Position numbers and translations under genes: made by a program
The notes under the pieces: model-generated
What the model saw: the letters and a program-made list of their open reading frames with translations, nothing else
Database searches by the model: none
Told to the model about the DNA's origin: nothing
Virus record (IMG/VR): IMGVR_UViG_3300020175_000007
Span: 1 to 61,479 of that record
Source of the DNA: a virus
Lineage: Duplodnaviria > Caudoviricetes
DNA length: 61,479 bases
Reading direction: 5' to 3' (one strand)
In this document: one piece after another, positions 48,443 through 58,805 of the stretch
Layout of the letters: each line of letters begins with the position of its first letter
Numbering within the stretch: position 1 is the first letter of the stretch

Positions 48443-50299
48443 TTATATATTTACTACTCTACCTGTTATATCAGTAGTTGGGTATTTAACTTCAAATATA
48501 CTAGGATCAAGTGATGGATATACTGTTCCATTTTGTGTTGCTCCTACTACATCATATCCATATTTTGAATATCCTGAAGTTGTTCCTGCTACATTAGTTA
48601 TTAATACTTTTTTTACTGTTTGTACTCCTGGTACTTGGTTTAAAATTAATTCTAAATTTTTAATTATAATTGGTTGATTAATTTGCCAATCATTTATATT
48701 AAAAAATTGTTGTACATTTTGATTACATTGAGTTAATACTTCATTACTATTATAATTAGGTAATGTTATTATTTCAAAATCAACCTTTATATTAATTACA
48801 TAAGCATCTTTTATTTCAAGTGAATCACCTATAACTCTATATTGGTTAAGATATGTTTTTAAATTATTTTTTACACCTGTAGACGCTGTTGTTAAATAAC
48901 CATTAATATCAGTACTTAAAACATACATACATAAAGTTGCTGTTGAACTAGATCCTGCTTTTGGTTTAGAAGTATAAGCTTTAGATACTACCCCAAATTT
49001 AGGAGGCATACTTAACGCTCTAATTAAATAATCATCAGCAGTAACATTTCTTAACTGTGTTGAAAAACTACTTAAAGTATTTTGTCTTATTTCTTCTGCT
49101 GAATCCCCATTATTACCTCCACTTGCTGCCTGTATATTATTTGATTGAATTGAATTAAATATATACTGAGCTGTTACAGAATTTAAATTTTGTTTAAAAA
49201 ATCTTACACCTGTTGTACTAATATTTGTTAAACTATTAGCTACTACATTTGAAAATACACCACCACCAGATAAATATCTTACTGTTAGAGTAGTATTTGA
49301 AGGGGCTTGTCCATAAGTATTTGTAAATATAAAATTAGTAGGACTAAAAGCAGTAGTTAGCTTATCTTCTTCAAAAGGTAAACCTAATCCTACATTCATA
49401 GGGTTTGGAACTATTTCTTCATCTACATTTTCATTATTACCAGACCCAAATTGTAATTGTAAAGATCCAGAATTTATAAATCTGGTAGTAAATCTATTTT
49501 GTACTGATCTTAGTTTTAATATATAAGGGGCATCATCTTCAACTAAATTTTGAGGATCATTAGCATCAGTATTTCTAATACTATCATATACCATATCTTG
49601 TCCTAAGTAATCTACTTCATAATATTCATTTTGATTACTATCAAAAACATCTACTATATTTGCTATATTAGCTGCATTTATATTTACAGTAGGAAAAGGT
49701 GCATAATCACCAAAGGTAAAAGTTGTTGTTTGTATAGCACCTGATACTGCTTTTACTTTTTTACTAATTAAATAATAAGTTGGTTCTGTTCCTGATATTT
49801 GAGCCACAGTAACATTAGTAGGTGATACTGAACTTGAAAAAGTCATATCAACTATATCTTGTGTTACAAAAGTAATACTTTGATTATCTGTTGATGCTAT
49901 ACTTAAATTTTGTGGAAATAATAAAGCATAATCCCAATCTGGTACAAAGGCACTAGCTGATGCTACTGCTGGTAATAATTGGTAAATTGTTATATCTGTA
50001 TTTGCTAAACCTGTTACTTTAGGTTTGTATGAATACATATAAGCTAATTCATATAAATTTTGTGTTTGTCTAGAATATTGTATAAAATTTTCTTGTACTT
50101 GGTTATCTACATAAAAACTTAGTACATCACCCACATAAGCTGCTTGTTCCATAAACATCATTCCTGGGGATGATGGTGAAAAATCAGTATATGATTGAGG
50201 GAAATATGTTTGAGAATAATTAATTAATTGATTTCTAAAATCAGAAAAATCTTTATTCAGATAATTTATATCTCGTTTTTTGAATGTTTGATATGCCAT
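48443..50299 (-). CDS. Baseplate wedge protein, T4 gp6/baseplate J-like
   Basis: YLNKDFSDFR..L, DFS.SSPGMMF.E..AYVGDVLSFY.D, ASGG...S.EEIR, Q.RNVT.DDY motifs; adjacent to the gp25-like gene. Confidence 0.9.
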   Translation of the reverse strand: MAYQTFKKRDINYLNKDFSDFRNQLINYSQTYFPQSYTDFSPSSPGMMFMEQAAYVGDVLSFYVDNQVQENFIQYSRQTQNLYELAYMYSYKPKVTGLANTDITIYQLLPAVASASAFVPDWDYALLFPQNLSIASTDNQSITFVTQDIVDMTFSSSVSPTNVTVAQISGTEPTYYLISKKVKAVSGAIQTTTFTFGDYAPFPTVNINAANIANIVDVFDSNQNEYYEVDYLGQDMVYDSIRNTDANDPQNLVEDDAPYILKLRSVQNRFTTRFINSGSLQLQFGSGNNENVDEEIVPNPMNVGLGLPFEEDKLTTAFSPTNFIFTNTYGQAPSNTTLTVRYLSGGGVFSNVVANSLTNISTTGVRFFKQNLNSVTAQYIFNSIQSNNIQAASGGNNGDSAEEIRQNTLSSFSTQLRNVTADDYLIRALSMPPKFGVVSKAYTSKPKAGSSSTATLCMYVLSTDINGYLTTASTGVKNNLKTYLNQYRVIGDSLEIKDAYVINIKVDFEIITLPNYNSNEVLTQCNQNVQQFFNINDWQINQPIIIKNLELILNQVPGVQTVKKVLITNVAGTTSGYSKYGYDVVGATQNGTVYPSLDPSIFEVKYPTTDITGRVVNI

Positions 50300-50706
50300 T
50301 AGTTAAATGTAAATTCTAGACCATCGCCTATGTTAGTATTATTGATCGAATATTTAATCTTTACAGTTATAGAATTAAAATCTTCTTGTGCTTCTATAAC
50401 TATAGACTCTACAGTAACATTTGGAAATTGTAGGGAAAATTTACGTTGTAAATCTTCTCTTAAATTATCAAAAGTATCATTTTCAATCTGTTCAAAAATA
50501 AATAATCTTAAACCACCACCAAAGGTTGGGTTACCTGGTCTTTCTCCTGGGTTTGTTAAAAAATAGTTTGTTATGTTATTTCTAACTGCTGCCCTAGTTT
50601 CATAATTAGGATCAAAAACTCTTGGTAATGCCAAAGGTAAATTAACCCCAACAGCCGTTGAAGGGCTGAGATCAGAAATTGGTATTTGTATTGCTCCAAA
50701 TGGCAT
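50299..50706 (-). CDS. Baseplate wedge subunit, gp25/GPW-like
   Basis: AVRNNI...LTNPGERPGNPTFGGGL..FIFE signature. Confidence 0.9.
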   Translation of the reverse strand: MPFGAIQIPISDLSPSTAVGVNLPLALPRVFDPNYETRAAVRNNITNYFLTNPGERPGNPTFGGGLRLFIFEQIENDTFDNLREDLQRKFSLQFPNVTVESIVIEAQEDFNSITVKIKYSINNTNIGDGLEFTFN

Positions 50707-50720
50707 ATATTAACTTTTAT

Positions 50721-51071
50721 TTATTTTACATTCATTAACCCCATTATTTGGTCCATTCCTACTTCTCCTTGAGGTAATTGACTATTTGGGGATGCAGTAT
50801 CTGTAGATGTTACTCTTAAAGGTTGTGATATATTATTACTATTAAATGAAGCAGCAGTTTCACCTAAAATATTTGCATATGAATCTCTCATTTCTTTAGG
50901 GGATTTAGTTGGTGCTACATTAGGTTGTCTAATAGGTGCAGAAAATGTTTGATTTTCACTAACTACTTGTCTATTACCTTTAACAGCTTCTAATAAGATT
51001 TCTCTCATTTCTTCTTGAATTGCTTCTTTTACTGCTGTTTTTACTATAGTTTTTAATTCGTTTAATTTCAT
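50721..51071 (-). CDS. Hypothetical late protein with MKLNELK..VKE N-terminal helix
   Basis: 116-aa ORF with the late motif upstream. Confidence 0.7.
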   Translation of the reverse strand: MKLNELKTIVKTAVKEAIQEEMREILLEAVKGNRQVVSENQTFSAPIRQPNVAPTKSPKEMRDSYANILGETAASFNSNNISQPLRVTSTDTASPNSQLPQGEVGMDQIMGLMNVK

Positions 51072-51126
51072 TATATTACTGTATTTGTTATAAATATGGG
51101 ACCTAAAAGGGGTATATATATTTGTA

Positions 51127-52773
51127 TTAAAATGCTTTTAAGTCGTTTTGTTGTATGTAAAATTTTAATTCGTTTATTAATATTTGATCATTAGCACTAA
51201 AGGATTTTTCACCTTCTAACATAATTATACCTTGCTTATTTTTAGCTACTGCGTATCTACGTTTTAAAGATCCTACTGGGTTTTTTCTATCTGTTTGTAC
51301 TTCTAAAATAAACCCATTTACTAAATATGGAGGTCCTGGGTTACCATCATTTTCTTCTTCTTCTAAAGATGCTAATAAAGCATTATCTAATTCAGTTTGT
51401 GGTATAGAAGAATAATTAATAACATTTCCACTTTCATCTACAAGGGTACCACCACTTTCTTCTGCACATTTTCCTATTAATTCATCTAATAAATCAAGTA
51501 ATCTAATTGCTTGTTTTAAAATTTCTCTTAAAATAATTAATGCTGCTAATATACCTATAGTTATTTGAGTAAATTGTCCTATTTTTTTAGAAATTTTATC
51601 AAGTATATCTTGAATTTTATTTATTACTGATAAAGGAATACCAAAACCTGGTGGGAAAGAAACTGGGATTGGTAATAATTTTAATACTCTTATCACAATC
51701 CTAAATGCAGATAATAAACCAGCTGCTATACCTACAAATTTAACTGCTCTGTCAATAATTTTATATATATTATTTAATTGTCTAACTAATTTATTTTTTA
51801 ACTTTATCATTTGTAAAAGCCTAGGATTAGGAACACACTTAGCATCAGCTAACATATCCTTCCCTTCTGCTAATCCTTCTTGAATTTTAGACATTCCAAA
51901 TTCATACAACATAGCTAATAATAAAGGTATTATTTTATCCCCTATTTTTTTAACCATTTGCATTATTTTCTTAATTAGAAAAGCTTTTGGATCTTTAGGA
52001 ACTTGATTTTTAATTTGTTTAACTTGTTTAGTACCTACCGACCCATATTTTTGTTTTTCTTTTTTAAGATCTTGTAGTCTAGGTTTTAATAAAACTATAG
52101 GAATATTTTGTAAAGGTGTATTATTACCAGCTAAACATTTTACTTCTTTTCTAGAATATTTATCAAGATGGTAAGATACTTCACCCACTTTATAATTTAA
52201 TGATAATTTAGATCCTGGTATTACTTCATTAGTTTCACCATTTATAGGTAATATTATATCAATAGTATACTTACCCTCTACATCAGTGTATATTTTTCTT
52301 TCAACTCCCTCAGGTGTTGGAATTTTAACTCCTTGATCATCAGTAGTAAAAGCATAATCATAATATTTTACTTCAACTTTTTCTAATGGAACTTCAGTTT
52401 CTTTTTCTCCAACTCTACCAGTTATAGTATATTTAATTTCATTTATAGTTGGGGGTTGAGGTCCTGTTACTTCAATAACAACACTAGGATCAAAAACATT
52501 ATTTCCCCATAATTCATTATTATCATATATAGATTTAAAACCTTGTACGCCTCCAAAAAATTCTGGGGATGTTTGTAATTTTAATTTTATATTATCCTCA
52601 CTATTTGTTAGAACTATATTAAATACTTCATTTACAGTACCCAAAGTTATTTCTTCATAAAATATTTCACCTTCAGGAGTTAATAATTGTCCTTTTGATT
52701 TTAATGCTGAAGTAAATTGGTATTTCCATCCATTAATTAAAACATAAACTGTATCTTCCCCAAATCTTCCCAT
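51127..52773 (-). CDS. Hypothetical baseplate-associated protein with hydrophobic helical C-terminal half
   Basis: 548 aa, coupled to the gp5-like gene. Carboxypeptidase-regulatory-like beta segment, then amphipathic/hydrophobic helices around PIPVSFPPGFGIP. Confidence 0.6.
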   Translation of the reverse strand: MGRFGEDTVYVLINGWKYQFTSALKSKGQLLTPEGEIFYEEITLGTVNEVFNIVLTNSEDNIKLKLQTSPEFFGGVQGFKSIYDNNELWGNNVFDPSVVIEVTGPQPPTINEIKYTITGRVGEKETEVPLEKVEVKYYDYAFTTDDQGVKIPTPEGVERKIYTDVEGKYTIDIILPINGETNEVIPGSKLSLNYKVGEVSYHLDKYSRKEVKCLAGNNTPLQNIPIVLLKPRLQDLKKEKQKYGSVGTKQVKQIKNQVPKDPKAFLIKKIMQMVKKIGDKIIPLLLAMLYEFGMSKIQEGLAEGKDMLADAKCVPNPRLLQMIKLKNKLVRQLNNIYKIIDRAVKFVGIAAGLLSAFRIVIRVLKLLPIPVSFPPGFGIPLSVINKIQDILDKISKKIGQFTQITIGILAALIILREILKQAIRLLDLLDELIGKCAEESGGTLVDESGNVINYSSIPQTELDNALLASLEEEENDGNPGPPYLVNGFILEVQTDRKNPVGSLKRRYAVAKNKQGIIMLEGEKSFSANDQILINELKFYIQQNDLKAF

Positions 52774-54089
52774 TATATTGTTCTAGTTATTTGTGAAAGT
52801 AAAGGATTTGTAGTTGGATCTTGTAACATTTTCTTTAAATCTTTAATATTAGCAGCGGCATTAGTAGCTATAGGAACTATTACAGGATCAGGAGCAGATA
52901 CTCCTTCATCCCATACTCTTGCAGTTGTTAAAGCTTCTGTTATATTTTCTAATTGCTGTACTAAGATTTCAAATTGTTCCATAAAAGAAGTTCCTTTTAT
53001 TACAGCTTCAGTTGCATTTTTACTACCTAAATTTACTTTATTAGATGAAAAAGTAATCGCTTTTTTGCTATCCACCCCTATTTCATTTTCAGATGATAAG
53101 GAAATATCTTTAATACTACTTAATAAAATACTATCAATAGAAGAATTAAATACTAATCTACCTGATGATAAAATAATTTGATTTTTATTATATTCTCGAG
53201 GTAGTGTTGGTGGAGTTTTTAATGAATCATAAATTTCACTAGAATTTAGAATAGGAATTGTTTGTGTTGATGTTAAATATATTGATGATGGATCTTCATT
53301 TACATTTTCAATTAAAGGAATCCATCCTGCACTTCCACTTGTTGGTTGACCATTTCTTAAAATAGTTATAGGTGAACCTAAAGGGGAAATTGACCCAGAT
53401 CTTGACCAATTATTTTGATAAAGTGGTGATCCTTGTGATTGGACTGTACTTCCTAATCTTATACTATTACCAAATCTACCTTCAGTTATAATGTCCCCAA
53501 CAAAAGGTAATAAAGGTCTAACATTTGCTCCATTATCTATAAAAACTCCACCACTAGGATTATTTCCATTTAATGAAACTGTACTATTAGTACTATCTAC
53601 TTTTGAAACATTAGATCCATCTTCTATAGATTCATATGTGATATCACTTTCTTCATTATTATTAGGTATATTTACTTTAGGAAGTGCATTTTGGTGAGGA
53701 TGATTCCAAATACTCACAGGATTTAAATAATAATAAGATGTAGAATATGTATTTCCCCCAGTAGAAAGTTTTTTGGGTAATAAAAATAATACTACTATTT
53801 CATTTACTAAAGGATAATTCTTATTTGATGCTATTAAAGGAATTGCTGTGGATGATTGTGGGGTATCTGCATTTAATTTGTCTACAAATTCAAAATCTAT
53901 AGTACCTAAACCATTCCAACTACCATAAGTAGCAAATTTAGGGTGTTTGTTATCTAAAACAATATCAGTTACTCTAGCAAAAATAACCCTTTCAGATAAA
54001 CTTGATATTTCATTTGATAAATTTCCTGAAACATCAACTGGATTATTAATTTCATTTAATCCTGCAAATCCTCTTTTAAATGTCCCCAT
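52773..54089 (-). CDS. Baseplate hub/central spike protein, gp5/gpV-like
   Basis: N-terminal OB-like region (YPLVNEIVV), GDIITEGRFGNSIRLGS, beta-repeat region then VNLGS..A.EAVIKG; position upstream of gp25. Confidence 0.65.
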   Translation of the reverse strand: MGTFKRGFAGLNEINNPVDVSGNLSNEISSLSERVIFARVTDIVLDNKHPKFATYGSWNGLGTIDFEFVDKLNADTPQSSTAIPLIASNKNYPLVNEIVVLFLLPKKLSTGGNTYSTSYYYLNPVSIWNHPHQNALPKVNIPNNNEESDITYESIEDGSNVSKVDSTNSTVSLNGNNPSGGVFIDNGANVRPLLPFVGDIITEGRFGNSIRLGSTVQSQGSPLYQNNWSRSGSISPLGSPITILRNGQPTSGSAGWIPLIENVNEDPSSIYLTSTQTIPILNSSEIYDSLKTPPTLPREYNKNQIILSSGRLVFNSSIDSILLSSIKDISLSSENEIGVDSKKAITFSSNKVNLGSKNATEAVIKGTSFMEQFEILVQQLENITEALTTARVWDEGVSAPDPVIVPIATNAAANIKDLKKMLQDPTTNPLLSQITRTI

Positions 54090-54432
54090 TTTTTTCTTCG
54101 TAATTGGTATTTAACTTATCTAACTCAGCCATTAATTCTGATTTTTCTTCCTCGGTAATACCTAATGAATCCTCATTATTACTATTACTAACTACACGCT
54201 GCACTATAGTTGCCATTTTAATTAATTGTTCATCGTTTCTAACGCCAATTTCCATATAATCCTTTATTAGTGGTACTATAAGAGTAGCATCCCCAATATC
54301 AGAAATTAATGGTTTTAATTCAGAAATTAATCCTGTAATTTGTTTTTCTTTTTTCTTTTGGTTATCATATATCTCACTTAATATATCTGAGAATTTTTTC
54401 TTACCAAATATAAGGTTATCTAATTTACTCAT
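54076..54432 (-). CDS. Conserved-looking helical hypothetical protein
   Basis: 118 aa; late motif variant upstream. Confidence 0.7.
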   Translation of the reverse strand: MSKLDNLIFGKKKFSDILSEIYDNQKKKEKQITGLISELKPLISDIGDATLIVPLIKDYMEIGVRNDEQLIKMATIVQRVVSNSNNEDSLGITEEEKSELMAELDKLNTNYEEKNGDI

Positions 54433-54466
54433 AATGTTTTATGATAAATATTAATGAAAAAAGGAT

Positions 54467-55171
54467 TTAGAATTTAACCCAACCATTTTCTAAATAAAAT
54501 ACATATTTACTTTTAAATATATTATGTAGTTTATCTGCTATTTTAGTTATTTTTGGGGTCTTTACATCTACCATCTCTCTGATGTAAATATAAAGTGCTT
54601 TTTTATTAAATACTTCTATTGTTTCTCTTTTTCTAAATAATTCTAATATAGCATCTGCTATTTGAGCATCATTTTTTTTAGGAAATAATTCATATATATT
54701 TTCACTAGTATGAGCAACAAACAAATCTATGTATTTACTTAAATCATCTTGCAACTTACCTGAATCCATATCGTAAGTATATCCTGAACCATCCTTAGTT
54801 AAGTTATCAACAGGTACTTTCTTTATTTTTTTATTATAATTTTTAGTATTATATAATATTAACCATCTTTTAACAATAGTACCAAAATAAGAATAGGCTT
54901 TAGCTCCTTTTGTGGGGTCAAATAAATGTATTTTTGATAATAAAAAGGTTATTATTTCATGTTGTAAATGCTCTAAATTACTTACTTCTGTATGGTAAAA
55001 TTTAAAGGTATGAATAATATTTTCTGTTAATTTAAAAAACGCATAATGAATTTCGTTTTGATAAATTGTGGATCTTAATTTAAAATCTTCTGTATTGTTG
55101 TAGAGTACTATAGCATTCTCCGTATCTTGAGTAAAATAATTTTTACTCTTCTTTCTTCTTTTTTTTGCCAT
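54467..55171 (-). CDS. Phage RNA polymerase sigma factor, T4 gp55-like
   Basis: NYFT.., KIHLFDPTKGAKAYSYFGTI resembles sigma region 2 (FDP.K..AFSYF..I). Confidence 0.7.
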   Translation of the reverse strand: MAKKRRKKSKNYFTQDTENAIVLYNNTEDFKLRSTIYQNEIHYAFFKLTENIIHTFKFYHTEVSNLEHLQHEIITFLLSKIHLFDPTKGAKAYSYFGTIVKRWLILYNTKNYNKKIKKVPVDNLTKDGSGYTYDMDSGKLQDDLSKYIDLFVAHTSENIYELFPKKNDAQIADAILELFRKRETIEVFNKKALYIYIREMVDVKTPKITKIADKLHNIFKSKYVFYLENGWVKF

Positions 55172-55452
55172 TAGCTGTTTTTGAATTCTGATATTCCATT
55201 TTGTAGTACCTTTATTTGTTCAAAAAACCAACCAATTTCATCATCACTTTTAAACATTCCCTTCATGTCTATTTCATTAAGGCGTTTATCTGATGCTTCT
55301 AATTGTTTACTAAATTCTGTTATGTATTTGTCATATTTAACAATAATATCTTCTGATTTTTCAACCTTACGTAATAGATTAAACGTTGTATACCCTAAAA
55401 CTAAAGTTAATAGGGATAATATTGAAATTATTATTATTGCTATTGTTGTCAT
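55171..55452 (-). CDS. Membrane-anchored coiled-coil protein
   Basis: N-terminal hydrophobic helix followed by a coiled coil. Confidence 0.7.
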   Translation of the reverse strand: MTTIAIIIISILSLLTLVLGYTTFNLLRKVEKSEDIIVKYDKYITEFSKQLEASDKRLNEIDMKGMFKSDDEIGWFFEQIKVLQNGISEFKNS

Positions 55453-55453
55453 A

Positions 55454-56230
55454 TTATAAATTGTCTAACATATTTTTTAACCCTGCGCTTTTTATTGTAT
55501 TTAAAGCTTTTGACTTTGGGTTAGATTTTTTATTTGACGACAATGTATAATTCTTTTTTGGCTTATCCAAGCTATTTTGTGTAAATTTTGGAAGCCATTC
55601 TATTTCAAACTCAATTCGTGCAGCCATCATATCAGCTTGATGTAAAATATATGGTAAAGATGTACGAGGTTTTTGTTCTGGCATGTAAGTTTTTAAATAT
55701 TTTACATTTGCATCATCATATAAACCATCATGTGTTTGAATTGCTACCATTTCATTAAATGTATATGTAATACCATGCTCTTGAAGTAAAAATAATCCTC
55801 TATCTGGTACTGAGGCGAATGATAATTTTTTGTTAAACATATAATCTTCACCTAACTTATCTCTTCTCCATTGATCCGTTTGAGGTATATATGATTCATG
55901 TTCTGAATCGCCCATTTTACCTAAATCATGATTAATAGCAGAAAATACTAATTCTTCTTGAGTAAATGTAGTCATATCACAACCAAATCCTTTCCATACA
56001 TCAGACATTGATAATGCTGCCTTAACTACTCGGTTAACATGATCAACATATCCACCTGGAAATGCTGAATGGTATTCTTTTTTATGTGATGCCGGCATTA
56101 GGATAATACGGTCTTCAAATTTTTTATAGAAGTCTAGTAATTTTTGTTTACGATCACCCGTAATATACTGTTCAATATTATTATTAAACTCAATCCAATT
56201 TGATTGTAATTGTTCTGCTGTCAATTTCAT
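55454..56230 (-). CDS. HD-domain phosphohydrolase
   Basis: HSAFPGGYVDH, INHDLGKMG, THDG, LHQAD motifs. Confidence 0.85.
   Translation of the reverse strand: MKLTAEQLQSNWIEFNNNIEQYITGDRKQKLLDFYKKFEDRIILMPASHKKEYHSAFPGGYVDHVNRVVKAALSMSDVWKGFGCDMTTFTQEELVFSAINHDLGKMGDSEHESYIPQTDQWRRDKLGEDYMFNKKLSFASVPDRGLFLLQEHGITYTFNEMVAIQTHDGLYDDANVKYLKTYMPEQKPRTSLPYILHQADMMAARIEFEIEWLPKFTQNSLDKPKKNYTLSSNKKSNPKSKALNTIKSAGLKNMLDNL
55540..55571 (-). promoter_or_regulatory. Possible host-type promoter CTTG-N20-TACATTGT driving the sigma-factor operon
   Basis: TTGGATA start and 20-nt spacer like the other copies, but it lies inside the 3' end of the HD gene. Confidence 0.4.
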
Positions 56231-56243
56231 AACCTTTTAATTT

Positions 56244-56420
56244 TTATTGTTCGTTATCTATATAAGTTTCTATTTCTTTTACAAGTTCCTTACCTTTTTC
56301 TGTATTTTTGAAAAAATCCTCGTGTGAGTGATTCATCTTTACACACATTTCTAGTACTGTAAATTTGTCTTCGATTTGTTCTAATTTTTTAAGGATTAAT
56401 TCCTTATTTCTGAGTGCCAT
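56244..56420 (-). CDS. Small hypothetical protein (58 aa)
   Basis: Hand-translated MALRNKELILKKLEQIEDKF...YIDNEQ; lies downstream of a promoter. Confidence 0.65.
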   Translation of the reverse strand: MALRNKELILKKLEQIEDKFTVLEMCVKMNHSHEDFFKNTEKGKELVKEIETYIDNEQ

Positions 56421-56508
56421 ATTAAATTATTTATTATTAATGTTTATTATTTTTCTATCCCCTGGGTGCCTTTGTTTCAATTCCCTATTTTTTACTAAAC
56501 CTGTACAT

Positions 56509-56540
56509 CTAAGGTACATAAGATATTTCGGGTATCCAAG
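56509..56540 (-). promoter_or_regulatory. Host-type promoter CTTG-N20-TACCTTAG
   Basis: Intergenic; the spacer begins GATACCCGA as in the 58858 copy. Confidence 0.6.
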
Positions 56541-56951
56541 TTATTTTGCAATTTTCTCTTGAAGCTTGTGAATGTGTGCACATCTTTCATATTCTTCGGT
56601 AGAAATGAAGTAATTTAAAAGTGTATTTAGTGACTTTTTTAGTAATTTTATGTTAAATGAATTTATAACTTTTATATGTTTTGGATCTTTAGGATCTATT
56701 TTAGATAAATAACTATATGCTCTATTATATACCGTAAATTCAGAAGCTTCTTTAGTAGACTCTACATCATAATCAGGATTTTCAGATTTTAGGAATTTTT
56801 CAAGTTTTCGATGAAATATATAATGATTTTGAATTAATTTTACACACATACCTATTTTAGTATAGGGGTCATCCATATTTAAAGTAAAAGTAGGCTTTAC
56901 CTCCTCTTCCTTTTTACTAAATAATCCAAATATTTTGTCTTTATCTATCAT
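56541..56951 (-). CDS. Hypothetical protein with C-terminal UvrB/UvrC (UVR)-like motif
   Basis: C-terminal FISTEEYERCAHIHK. Confidence 0.65.
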   Translation of the reverse strand: MIDKDKIFGLFSKKEEEVKPTFTLNMDDPYTKIGMCVKLIQNHYIFHRKLEKFLKSENPDYDVESTKEASEFTVYNRAYSYLSKIDPKDPKHIKVINSFNIKLLKKSLNTLLNYFISTEEYERCAHIHKLQEKIAK

Positions 56952-57292
56952 CTTTTACCACCATGGTATGCTACAGCATGACCTTCATTAATCATTAAAT
57001 CATTAACATTTTGATCACCCAAAAATATGTTACCTAAACATCTACCATATTTACCTACACCCTGAGAATGTAATATAAAATTATTTTGATGTTTATCCAA
57101 AAGATTCTTCAAAAATGATTTAGCAGCTAAACCTTTAGCTTTTTCTTCTAAATCTCTTGTTCTAGATTCTGGGGCATTCATGCCGACTAATCTAATTCTA
57201 ATTTTTTTCCAGGTATCAAAACCTAAATCAATAGTAGCATCAATAGTATCACCATCTACTACTTTAACACACTTAGCATTGTAAATATACAT
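56948..57292 (-). CDS. Thermonuclease (SNase-like)
   Basis: VVDGDTI, IRLVGMNAPE, GKYGRCL, EGHA motifs. Confidence 0.9.
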   Translation of the reverse strand: MYIYNAKCVKVVDGDTIDATIDLGFDTWKKIRIRLVGMNAPESRTRDLEEKAKGLAAKSFLKNLLDKHQNNFILHSQGVGKYGRCLGNIFLGDQNVNDLMINEGHAVAYHGGKR

Positions 57293-57313
57293 AATCTATT
57301 TTGATTATAAATA

Positions 57314-57508
57314 TTACTCTTTATCTAATTCCGCAAGTTCCTTTTCAATGTCCTTTTTCATTTCTTGGAGTTTAGCATATTCTACCTTAACATCCTGAGC
57401 TTCTTCATTATCAGGGTGAAACCTCCAATAGTCTTCTATTATAGTAATAGTAGCCATTAAGTCATTTACTAATTCAGATTTTTTATTATCTAATTCTTCT
57501 TTATTCAT
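57314..57508 (-). CDS. Small hypothetical protein
   Basis: 64-aa ORF in the operon. Confidence 0.65.
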   Translation of the reverse strand: MNKEELDNKKSELVNDLMATITIIEDYWRFHPDNEEAQDVKVEYAKLQEMKKDIEKELAELDKE

Positions 57509-57523
57509 TTTATTTAATTTTAA

Positions 57524-57994
57524 TTATTTATAATTTTTACCTATGTCTTTTACTGTTTTTTTCACTTCTTCTAACTCAATTTGAAAAAATTCCCTTTGGT
57601 TATTAACGCGATACTTTTTTAATGCATGATGTACTTCGCCCTCTAATAGTTCGCCGTTAAAACAACGGTATGCCCATGCTACTTCATATGGAAGTGGCAC
57701 ACCTGTTGCATTAGAAATTTGTTTAGCTCGCTCATCTGGTGTAAGTTTTGTATATCCTATTTTTAATAATCCTGGGGTAGCTTCATTTTTTAAAACATAA
57801 ACCCATTGATCTCCTTTACCACGATTTGAAAATAAATTAAGTTTTTTTGCTGTATAATAAGTTACATCTTCCCAACCCTTTCTTTTAAGGGAGGGAGTTA
57901 ATGTAAAATATTCTGCCGCTTCTACGGTCTTATTAGAATGATTGTCTTTAAGAGCAATATATTCTTTTGCTTGTTCTAATGTTATTCTTTCCAT
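57524..57994 (-). CDS. T5orf172/GIY-YIG domain protein
   Basis: VYVL..PGLLKIGYT..ERA..ATGVPLP..E..VH..L...R..REFF. Confidence 0.85.
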   Translation of the reverse strand: MERITLEQAKEYIALKDNHSNKTVEAAEYFTLTPSLKRKGWEDVTYYTAKKLNLFSNRGKGDQWVYVLKNEATPGLLKIGYTKLTPDERAKQISNATGVPLPYEVAWAYRCFNGELLEGEVHHALKKYRVNNQREFFQIELEEVKKTVKDIGKNYK

Positions 57995-57995
57995 A

Positions 57996-58805
57996 TTATG
58001 CTACTAATTCTAAAGCTTTACTAAACATCTTTTTATTTACATCCATATCTTGCTTAAAGTTTTTAATAACTCTAGCTTGACGTTTTTTTCCACCTTTAGT
58101 AATATATTCAAAATTTCCTTCTATGATATTCTCTTGAATTCTATTAAATACTTCCCATAATCCATTACCTTCATCTTTTTTACGTTGAATATTTAATACT
58201 TCTCCAATAGCTTCATCTGGGTATGTATTTTCTGTTCCATCAACTCTAATATTTAATAAATCTTTTGCTAAATTAAACATTTGTTCTTCTTCTAATTCAA
58301 CAGCTTTCATTTTATTCATTGAATCAACAGTTAAAGGTAATTTTTCAACCATATCTTTAATAAGATCCTGTAAATCCTCAAATGTATAACCCATATGACG
58401 CATTTTAATATCTTCAAACTCTGTATCTGCAATTACTAATCCATTTTCACAAATCATTCTAAATAATCCCGCTGTAAATTGAAAAGCATTTTTACCATCA
58501 TGAGAATTTGTCATTAATATTTGAGGAAAAACTGTATCCCCATCATCACCATTAATAACTACATCATTATTTCTAAAAACAATCATATGTTTTTGAACAC
58601 CTTGTGTACTTTTAGTTCTTGCTTTAACTTCTTTAGCATCAACTGGTTTCCAACCTAATAATTCCATATCATCAATTACCTTTTCTGTTGGAATGTGTGT
58701 ATATTTATCTGAAACTTCACTTGAAGGTGTCATTGTGAAAATACTTGGAGCGATTTCACTTAACTCTTTTTTATTTAAAAATTTACTTGATTCTAAATTT
58801 AACAT
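57996..58805 (-). CDS. DUF932/DUF945 family protein
   Basis: APSIF..S.KY..IPT, KHMI.FR, NSHDG..AFQF.AGLFRMICENGL, LW.VFNRIQEN motifs. Confidence 0.85.
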   Translation of the reverse strand: MLNLESSKFLNKKELSEIAPSIFTMTPSSEVSDKYTHIPTEKVIDDMELLGWKPVDAKEVKARTKSTQGVQKHMIVFRNNDVVINGDDGDTVFPQILMTNSHDGKNAFQFTAGLFRMICENGLVIADTEFEDIKMRHMGYTFEDLQDLIKDMVEKLPLTVDSMNKMKAVELEEEQMFNLAKDLLNIRVDGTENTYPDEAIGEVLNIQRKKDEGNGLWEVFNRIQENIIEGNFEYITKGGKKRQARVIKNFKQDMDVNKKMFSKALELVA

